From: Fonticula alba ATCC 38817
Taxonomy: Eukaryota > Protista > Nucleariida
Strand: one strand, 5' to 3'
Length of the DNA: 11,020 bases
Assembly: GCA_000388065.2 (NCBI GenBank)
Contig: KB932211.1
Shown here piece after piece: positions 1 to 8,367 of the stretch. The notes beneath the pieces were generated by a model. The model worked only from the letters and a program-made list of their open reading frames with translations, was not told the origin of the DNA and did no database searches. A program made the position numbers and the translations under genes. Every line of letters starts with the position of its first letter. Positions within the stretch are counted from its first letter, which is position 1.

Positions 1-809
1 GCGCAGCCGGACACACAGGCGCCCACGCCGGGGCCGGCCTCCACCAGGTCCAGCCCGGCGGCACAGCCCGTGCACTGGTCGGCCTGGCCGCCGGCACAGG
101 CCGCACAGCTGACGTCGCACGGCTGGCACGACTCGCCGTTGGGCCAGGCCCCCGGCGGGCAGTCGGCCGCGCAGCCCCCGCCCGGGGTCAGCAGCAGCGG
201 CTGCTCACAGGCGAGACACCCATCCGCCATGCAGACCAGGCAGCCCGGGTCGCAGGGCACACAGGCCCCGGCCTCGCCCGGGGCCGGCCGCGCCAGCCAC
301 CGGAAGCCCTCGGCACACACCTGGCACCGGCCGGGCTCGCCGGTGCACAGCTCGCAGCTGGCATCGCACTCGGCGCACCGGCCGGCCCCGACATACTGCC
401 CCGGCAGGCAGGTGCTCCCGCACAGCGAGCTGGCCTGCTCATCCGGCAGGAGGAACACCATGCCCGGCTGGCAGGCCGAGCAGCTGCCGGCAGCCTGGCA
501 CTCGGCGCACGACCCGTCGCACGCCCGGCAGGAGGCGTCGCCGGACAAGAAGTGCCGGTCCATGCACCGGGTGCAGGCCGCGGCCTGGCCGGCCGGCGAG
601 CACTCCGCGCAGCCGGCCGGACAGGCAGCGCATGCCCGGGCCGCGTCGTCGGGCCAGGTGCCGGCCGGGCACCGGTCGACGCACGTGCCCCGGTGCAGGT
701 GCCGGCCCTGCGGGCAGGCCGTGCACGCCAGCGGATCGCCCGCGCGCCGGCACTCCGCGCACGTGCCATGGCACGGGTCGCACATGCTGCCGCCCATGCC
801 GGGCGGGCA
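1..809 (-). other. Array of at least 6 furin-like (FU/growth-factor-receptor) Cys-rich repeats in gene 1
   Basis: Units such as CDPCHGTCAEC..CTAC..CVDRC, CRACDGSCAEC..CSAC..CGSTC and CQPCDVSCAAC..CTGC..CVSGC match the CxxCxxxCxxC..CxxC..CxxxC pattern. Confidence 0.9.
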
Positions 810-3800
810 CAGCACCTCCAGCGAGACGGCCACCATGCCGGGGCCCGGCGCGAAGAGCACCAGCTCCAGGGCCTTGCCCGGCTGCAGGGTGGCCGCCTGG
901 AGGGCCACGGCGCCGGCCGGCTCGGGCGCCTGCCCGATGGCCGGCAGCCACAGCCCCGAGGTGCTGGGGATTTCCATCCCCGGCGGGACATCCACAAAGA
1001 CCGCCGGCAGGAGGACGCACGGCCCGGCGGCCCCGGCCGGGCAGTGCATCAGCGACGCGCCGATGAAGGTCCGCGTCAGCAGCAGCAGCACGCTCGGGTA
1101 CCGGGGGTCGCCGGCCGGCAGGGCCAGCCCCTGCATCACCCACTTCATGAGGGTGTGCTGGACCGGCTGCACGGCCCGCGGCAGGGTGCCCAGGCGCTGC
1201 TGCACCGAGCCCAGGTCGATGGACCGGCCGGCCGGCAGCATGTCCCCCGGCACCCGGATGGCCAGCCACTCCTGGTTGGTGACCCGCGAGAGGAACAACT
1301 CCCCCGGGGCCAGGCCCTCCGCCCCCCGGGGCAGGAACACCGGCTCAAAGGCATTGGCCCGGCTCGGCAGGCTCGGCACAAAGTGCCCGAGCATGGTGTT
1401 GGCCCGCGAGTCCCTGCCGGCCAGGCTCATCGGCAGGGCCGTCGCCTTGTAGGACTCCCGGGTCCAGAGGAGCCACTCCCCGGGGCCGGGGTCCGCCCGG
1501 TTGCCGGCGCTCCGCGCCCCCGGGAAGCCCACCATCCCATTGGCCTCGGTGATGACAAACTGCGCCCCCGGCGAGTGGTCCTCCACCCACACGGCCATCA
1601 GGCTGGTGGTGAACATGGCCAGCACCGCGATCCGGGGGCTCGCCCGCCGGAGCCCGGCACACGACCCGGTCGGCAGGTTGTCCAGCCTCGAGGTGTCAAC
1701 CGAGCAGGGCCCCACCCCGACGCACGAGAGCATGATCACCCTCGACTGGCCCACCTCATTGCACAGGGCCACCAGGTAGCGCGTCGTCCCCTCATAGAGG
1801 AAGGGCCCGATCTCGGCCGACGCCTTGACCGGGGACTCCAGCCCCGGCGCGAAGAGGACCACCTCCCGCGCGGGCGGCCCGCCCGGCCGGGCCAGGTCCC
1901 CGGTCGGCATGAGGAAGGTCCGTCGGTCGGCCGTGAAGAGCAGCACCTGCTGGCTGGCCCCGGAGGCCGTGTCCGCCGACGGGATGACCAGGCTCCCGGT
2001 GGCCGGGTCCACCGACAGCCAGCTCTCCGCGATGGAGGTCACCCGGTCGCCCGGGTCCAGCCCGAGCGCCGGCCGCGCGGCCGGCACCGACAGCCCGATG
2101 CCGGCCGGAGGCGCGGCCGCCGGCCGGCAGGCCCCGGCCATCGGCACGAAGCCGGCCGAGCAGCTGGGCACGCACACGATCCGGCCCTCCGGGCCGGTCG
2201 GCTCCAGCAGCAAGTCCTCCGTGCACAGGAGACAGTGCTCCGCATTGCAAGTCCGGCAATTGGCCGCCGCGCAGGGCCGGCACGCGTGGCCCGCCCCGGA
2301 GAAGGGGACCTCCCCTGGGTCGGCCGGGCACACGGGCACACGGGCAAGGAGCCCCGGGATGCAGGCACGTCAGCGCGGGCACACTCGCGCCGGAGCAGGC
2401 GCCGAGGGGCAACGGNNNNNNNNNNNNNNNNNNNNNNNNNNNNNNNNNNNNNNNNNNNNNNNNNNNNNNNNNNNNNNNNNNNNNNNNNNNNNNNNNNNNN
2501 NNNNNNNNNNNNNNNNNNNNNNNNNNNNNNNNNNNNNNNNNNNNNNNNNNNNNNNNNNNNNNNNNNNNNNNNNNNNNNNNNNNNNNNNNNNNNNNNNNNN
2601 NNNNNNNNNNGGGGGGGGGGGGGGGGGGGACATGCCACGCACCGGCCGGCCGGTCAAGATACCACCCCTCGGCGCACCCGGCGCACAGGTGATCCGGCGA
2701 TGTGAAGGGCGACTCGGCGTGGCCCGCGGCGCAGGTCCACCCGGCCGGCGAGCCGGTCGTCACGGTGTCACTGTCGCACCGGATGCTGCCATCCTCCTGG
2801 CAGCCAAAGGTCCGGGCCTCGAAGAGCACCAACTCCCCGAAGACCAAGGCCCAGATGCCGGTGGAGTTGAGGCCCACCCGGAGCTGGACCAGTTGCAAGT
2901 CCCAGACATTGTCCACAACCGGCGGCAGGATCACCCGGCGCCAGGACAGCTGGGCATCCTGGCTGGTGAGCCGCCACAGCCGGTCGCGCGGATCCCCCAC
3001 GTCGGGCACCACCAGGTAGACGGGCTGCGGGTGGTTGCCGGTGGCGGCCGCCGGGGCCGCCAGCAGCCAACCGCCGGACGCCGGCAGCCCGGTCGGCAAC
3101 TCGAGGAACACCGTGCCGGAGCCCTGCAGTATGCCGGCGCACGGCTCCATGCTCAGTTGGCCATTGGCCAGGAGCATGACCAAATCCCCGGACAGCTGGC
3201 AGTCGCCGATCGGCGGCACGACCCGCGTGACAACCGCGCTCAGGATGTCCGCCTCCATGGAGCTGGCGGACCAGGGCACCGACCCCTGCTGGTCGACTGC
3301 CAGCCGCAGGATGTTCGGGCCCCAGTACATGTAGAAGGAGCCCCTGATGCCGGGGACCGCCTGCGCCGAGCCCATGAAGGTCGGCAGTTCGTGGCTCACC
3401 GGGTCCAGCCCGTCCCGGTGCAGGGTGCCCAGGTAGATGGACTGGCTCTGGCCCGGCATGCCGGTCGCGCCCAGCAGCAGGACCTCCCCCTCCGAGAAGG
3501 CCACCCCGGCCAGGAGCTCGGTGTTCGGCACCGGCAGCGGGTGTTCCTCGGCGTGCGTCCAGAAGCCGACCGTGTGCGGCGTAACTGCCACCAGGGTCGG
3601 CAGGGTCCCGTCCAGCGGCGCCAGCGCCATGACCGAGAGGCTGCCGGGGCAGTCCGGCCGCCCGCAGGACAGGACGTATGACGCGCTGCCGAAGAAGACG
3701 CCCCAGCGGACCTCCGGCAGCTTGTCCAGCAGGTCAATCTGCGGCATGAGGTTGAACGTCGAATCCGACACTCGCGCCATGGCCATCGAGTGGCTCCCGG

Positions 3801-3984
3801 GCCCGGTGGGGAAGGTATACGGCCCGGGGGCCAGGCTGACCGGGCGCGGGGCCGCATGCAGGAAGAGGTCTTGCCCGTGCGAGGACCCCGCCGTCAGCAC
3901 GAGCTGCGGCAGCAGCAGCAGCAGCAGCGTGAGGAGGAGGAGCGGCGCCGGTGGCGCCCGCGGGGCTGGGGCTGGGCCCGGCAT
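1..3984 (-). CDS. Large secreted/cell-surface protein with furin-like Cys-rich repeats, 2 exons (3984-2643, 2314-<1), 3' end outside the window; possibly the ectodomain of a receptor kinase
   Basis: ATG at 3984 starts MPGPAPAPRAPPAPLLLLTLLLLLLPQLVLTAGSSHG. Exon 1 (1342 nt) ends G|gtgcgt. Exon 2 starts after cccag| with GG, giving in-phase ...YLDRPAG/EVPFSGAGHACRPCAAANC. Hand translation of exon 2 is stop-free to position 1 with strongly G/C-ending codons. The ORF track lacks this frame, probably because it has no stop inside the window. No TM or kinase domain is visible, so 'receptor kinase' is inference from family resemblance. Confidence 0.9.
2315..2642 (-). other. Phase-1 intron of gene 1, containing the assembly gap
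   Basis: Donor gtgcgt at 2642, branch-like gctgac (A at 2370), acceptor cccag at 2315. The flanking exon phases match. Confidence 0.8.
2416..2610. other. Assembly gap (195 N) next to a G19 homopolymer (2611-2629)
   Basis: Seen directly. Confidence 1.
3874..3984 (-). other. Signal peptide of gene 1
   Basis: Short N-region with Arg, Leu-rich core LLLLTLLLLLL, then small residues (LTA-GSSHG-QD). Cleavage is likely after A32 or G37. Confidence 0.85.
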
Positions 3985-4032
3985 GGGGGGGGGGGGGGCT
4001 ACCGGACCGTCGACGGGCGGGATCGCTGGCCT

Positions 4033-4213
4033 GTGCGTGTGTAGATGTGTGGATGCGTGTGGGTGTGTGTGTAGATGTGTGGATGCGTGTGTAGATGTGT
4101 GGATGCGTGTGTAGATGTGTGGATGCGTGTGGGTGTGTATGCTTATGTGTGTCCGCGTATGCGCGTGTGTCCGCGTATGCGCGTGTGTCCGCGTATGTGT
4201 AGGCGCGTGTGCG
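4033..4213. repeat. Compound GT-rich minisatellite: 20-bp unit GTAGATGTGTGGATGCGTGT x4 and 18-bp unit GTGTGTCCGCGTATGCGC x~2.8
   Basis: 20-mers at 4041, 4071, 4091 and 4111; 18-mers at 4147, 4165 and a partial copy at 4183. Confidence 0.95.
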
Positions 4214-5800
4214 TTCACCGGGGGAGGAGTCCAGCAGGAGGAGCCCGAGCCAGCGAGCAGAGGCCGCGCCGATGAACAGAGACCCGGGCTGGCCGGCGAC
4301 AGGGCGGGGCGAGGCCGGTGGGAGGCAGGGAGGAAAGAAGGGGGGGAGAGGGGTGCTTCAGCGCCTGACGAGCAAGGCCAGCGCCTCGCCGGTCCGCTTT
4401 CGCTGTCCCGCCATATGCCCCCCCCCCGGGAGAGGGGGCCCGGCCCGGGGTTCGTGCGGGCGCGCGTGTTCGGCGCGCGGAAAAATAGGCCCAGGCCGGG
4501 CCCCGGCGCCACGGGGCCGGCAGACCGGGCGCCGGGGCCCCGGCCCGGCGGCCGCGCATCCACCCCTAGCTGCTCGTCGGTCAGCGGAGTCGTTCGGGCC
4601 CGCGGCGCGCGCCCAGACGCAGAGGGGCACCGCGGACGAGTATTTTCCACCGGGCACCGCCACGCCGGCCCACACAGCGGGCTCCTGAAACATGTCTCTG
4701 CCTTGTTGCAGGCCGGTGCGGCGTGCGGGGTGCCACACGCGCACGCCCGGCTGTGCGGTGGCACCCGCCCGGGGGAGATGCCCACGGGCGGATGTCCCCC
4801 GGCCATGGGCCCGGGCGAGGGCCGGGCCGTGGCGGCCGGCCGGCATCGGGGCCCTCCATGCGGCCGCACGCTGGCGCATCGGGGGCGGCGCCGCGACGGG
4901 CGTCTCCTTGCCCGGCTTGCCCGGCGCCCGGCCAGCGGCGATTGGCGCTGGGTCGCGCCCCGGCCGGCCGGCCGGTGGATCGCCCCCCGTCCCCTGCCGG
5001 GACGCCGGCGCGAGGTGACACCCCCGACGAGGGGGGGGACCGCGCGGCCTGGGGCTGCCCGGCCGCGCCCCTGCCCACCGCGGTCCCCGGGGGCTCTTCG
5101 TGCCTGCCCGCCGGCGCCGGCCCGCGCCCCGCCAGCACCACCACGGCCCGGGGGGTGCCACGCCCAGGGCCCGGAAGCGCTGGACCGCCCCCGCCACAAA
5201 CAAGGGCACCTCCCCCCCCCCCCCCGTGTGGTCCGACGTCGGGGCCTCCGCGCCGGGCGGGTGTCCGCCCGTGCCGGCGCATGGTGCCCGGGCACTGGCC
5301 CACTGCCGCCGCCACGGACCGGACGCCGCTCACCGAATCCCCCCCTCACCCCCTCGGACGGCCGGCGTCACCGCACAGGCCCGAGCACGCGCGCCGCTCC
5401 TGCGGGCCGCCGGGCCTCCGTGAAAAGCGGCCAGGGCCCCACCGAGCGGCGGGAGGCGCAGGCGGCAGACCCGGGCCCGTCGCCGCCGGGCGCCCCCGTG
5501 AGCAGGGCATCCGACGCGGCGCCGGTGCCCCGGCCTGGGTTCGAGCCGCCCAGCGGCCCAGGATGCCGGCGGCGCCGCACGCCCAGACGCAGGCACCCCC
5601 CGCCGGGGCACGAGTGGGGCCCGCCCGGGCCGGGCGCCAGGGCACGAGGCAGGACCCCTCCCGCCGGGGCACATGCCCTCCGCGCCCTCGGAGGGCATGC
5701 CGCCGCTGGGACTTGGCCGCGGCCGCCGGGGCCCCCTCGCCGGCACACGGCACGACGGAAAAGCGAGCACGGCGACCGGGCTGCCCTCCGACAGTGGCGG

Positions 5801-5821
5801 CTGCTGCTGCTGCTGCTGCTG
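5801..5821. repeat. (CTG)7 microsatellite
   Basis: Seen directly. Confidence 0.95.
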
Positions 5822-6522
5822 GACCAGAAAACCTCCGGCCGCAGCCCTCCAGGACCCCTGCTGGCAGGGCCGCCACGCCCGGCAAGCCCGTCAAGAGGGC
5901 TCACGCCTCCGGGTCCGGCACGCCCCCCTGGCCCGGCCGACGAAAGCGCACCCGGCACATTCCGCCGCGAGGGGGGCCCGGTCGGCAGGCGGCGCCCGGC
6001 CACCAGGGGCACCGGGACCAGGCGAGCATGTGCCGCGCGCGCGCGCACACACACACATAGGACTCGGCGGAGGTGGCATCGGTCAAGGCAGGGGAGGGGC
6101 CCCCTCCCCGCGCACGGCCGCCGTCCGGGCTGGGGGGGCCTGTGGCCCCGAGCGGCCGTGCGCCGCCCCGGCCAGGTGCACGGTCTCCAGGCCGACCAGG
6201 CCGGGGCCGGGAATGCCTTCGAGCGGGGCCGCGCCGGGCCCTCCCTCCGGAAGGGACCCCTCCGCGAGGGCCGGCAAGCGCCAGCCGGCGAGCCGGCACA
6301 GCAGCCACGCCGGCCCGGTGTCCCGTCTTCCGGGAGGGGCACCGTGCCGGCCGCCGGGCCCGGGCTCCCCGACACACCGGCCGAAGGAAGCCACCCGGCC
6401 ACCGGCCCATCCGCCCGGCCCCGGGAGGCGCAGAGCACGACAGGCACCGGCATGGCAAGCATGCGGGCCCCGCATGGCCCCGCGGCAGCCCGCACGGCAC
6501 AAGGGACCCCGGGCGCCAGCAG

Positions 6523-6686
6523 CACGCAGGCAGGCAGGCAGGCAGGCACCGCGCCTCCGCACGGGTGACATTGTGTGTATTCCCGCGGAGGACGAAAAAA
6601 GCCACACACACAAACACACACGCAGGCAGGCACCGCGCCTCCGCACGGGCGACACCTACGTATCACCTTCTCCTCGCGGAGCCGAA
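6523..6686. repeat. Degenerate two-copy direct repeat with a 33-bp core (6538-6570 and 6622-6654, 1 mismatch)
   Basis: GCAGGCAGGCACCGCGCCTCCGCACGGG(T/C)GACA occurs twice, 84 nt apart. The copies are preceded by (GCAG)5 and (GCAG)2 respectively, and each is followed by GTAT..CGCGGAG..CGAA. Confidence 0.9.
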
Positions 6687-6724
6687 TCCCCAGTCTTGAC
6701 CTCCAGAACGAGCATTTGGCTTTG

Positions 6725-6775
6725 CCAATCGTTCCGAACCACCGGAGGGGGTATATTCTAACGTATAATAAATAT
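6725..6775. promoter_or_regulatory. AT-rich island with CCAAT, TATA-like and AATAAA words; promoter or 3'-end signal, function unresolved
   Basis: 6752-6775 is 21/24 A/T in a very GC-rich background. CCAAT lies at 6725-6729, TATAATAAATA at 6764-6774 and AATAAA at 6767-6772 (+). Confidence 0.4.
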
Positions 6776-7802
6776 CGGCTTTTCCGGTATCCGGCCGGTA
6801 TTTTGCTCGCGTCAGCCCCTTCCTCCGGCCGCGCCCCGCCGGCTGTCACTCGGGTGCGCCATTTGCGGATGGCCCCCCCCCCCTGTGCATTGGCCCTTCG
6901 CCGCAGGTCGTGTAGCCCTCGATCTCGCGCCCCGGCGCAATGCACCGGCCCCGGCCGTGGAGGGCTGTCCGCACGGGAGGGCCGGATGTGCCACCGGCCG
7001 CACGGCATCGGCCAGCGCCCGCGGGGGCCCAAGGTACGCGATGCCCGGCGCCCGGCGGCGCCATCCGCCGTGCCGGCCGATGTCCCTGGGCGCCCGGCAC
7101 CGGACGGAGCGGGCTGCATCTCGATGGCCGGGGCGCGGGTGGCGTCCCTCGCCATGAGGTGCCGACGGTGCGCGGCCGCCCGCCGGGGCCGCCCTGCCCA
7201 GCTCTGGGCACGCCTACACCCGCGCCCGGCCGCGCCCATGCACCCTCGCCCCCCGCGAGGCTGGTGCTCGACGGCGCACCAGTCAGGGAGGGGGGGCTCG
7301 AGCGCCCTCCGCCGCGCCCGTGGGCATGGTCGGCGCCCGGGCCCAATTCCCTGGATCGCCGCGGCGCCCGTTTCGCCGAACAAAACACGCCTGTGGGGCC
7401 GCGGCCCCGTGTGCTCCTCGCCGGGCGGCCGGTCACCGTGCCGGGGAGTTGGCCCGCCCCGGCTGCCCGGACCCTGCCCGCCGGGTCCCCCCGCCGGAGC
7501 CTTGGCGGGGGCAGCCTGGCATGTCGCCCATAGGGGCGGGGCCGCTCTCGCCCGGGTTGCACGAGCGTGGCCAGCCGCACACACGCCGGATGGCCGGTCG
7601 ACCGCAGGCCGGCGATGCCCTCGCGCCCTCTGGCCCCAGGCGCATCCCCGGGGCACGGTCGCCGGGCGTCAAAGCCGCCGCCCGGGCGCCGGGCTCGGGC
7701 GTCTCCAGCCCCGGGTGCTGGACCGGCGGCCCCGGCACCGCCGAGCACGTGGCCGGCCCGCTGGCCGCGAGCGTTCCTGCGTCCTTGCCGTGGATGAGGG
7801 CA

Positions 7803-7838
7803 GCCCGCCCGCCCGCCCGCCCGCCCGCCCGCCCGCCC
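7803..7838. repeat. (GCCC)9 repeat, i.e. (GGGC)9 on the minus strand, G-quadruplex-capable
   Basis: Nine perfect tetramers seen directly. Confidence 0.95.
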
Positions 7839-8367
7839 GGCCGAGCCACGCCGCTCCGAGCCGACGCGCCGGGCGGCCCTGCACACGCGCACGCGCGCGC
7901 ACACCAGCCGCACTGTCACTGCCCCCGGGCGCCGGCCGGTGCTCGCGCCAGGCACAAAATGAAACACCCACACACATACACCCGCACGCGGAAACACGCC
8001 CACCACTCCGCGGCCCGGGCACAGCGGGGCCCGCCGCGGCGGTCCGAGCCGGAGGGGCGACAGCCCTCGCGCCAGGGCCCAGGGTCGCGTCGCCCCGACA
8101 ACGAAAGGCACGCCGGGCGCATGCCGGCGCACCGGGCCCGGTGGCCCCCCGCCGCCTGCCCTCCGCGACCGAGGGCCCCCCCCCCATGCTCTTGGTGGCA
8201 CTGTGCGCGAGCTCGGCAGGCGAGCGGCCCGGCCGCGCCCCGTCGCGTCCCCCCCCCCCGGCCACAGGCCGGCACCATGATCGCGCAGGCGCGGTGTATT
8301 CGCACGGTAACTCACATGTGGGCGGCCTCCTGCCCCTTCCTTCCAGGCGCCCCGGCGGCCGGGCGGC

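Noticed and set aside
2370-2372. In-frame TGA upstream of exon 2 as selenocysteine or readthrough
   Set aside because: It is part of the intron branch motif gctgac, and no SECIS-like element was found.
70-3681. Long plus-strand ORFs 70-1452, 552-2705 and 1825-3681
   Set aside because: Antisense shadows of the GC-rich gene 1 CDS, with low-complexity products and no domain.
1792-5349. 1185-aa ORF as a single CDS
   Set aside because: Only 3984-2643 is protein-like. The upstream part is Arg/Pro/Gly noise plus translated repeat, and the part after the gap is out of frame.
5535-5553. GGTTCGAGCC resembling a tRNA T-loop or B box
   Set aside because: The stem encloses 9 nt rather than 7, and there is no cloverleaf or A box.
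6538-6654. 33-bp repeat with a 51-nt spacer as a CRISPR array
   Set aside because: Only two copies, similarity extends into the flanks, no cas genes, and the context is eukaryotic.
6690-6810. H/ACA snoRNA, snRNA, SECIS or histone stem-loop identity for the hairpin
   Set aside because: An AGAATA H-box-like word is present, but there is no proper pseudouridylation pocket or ACA box and no match to the other consensus sequences I know.
6907-7039. Plus-strand exon bounded by ccgcag| and aag|gtacgc
   Set aside because: No partner exons or meaningful reading frame were found, and such words arise by chance at this GC content.
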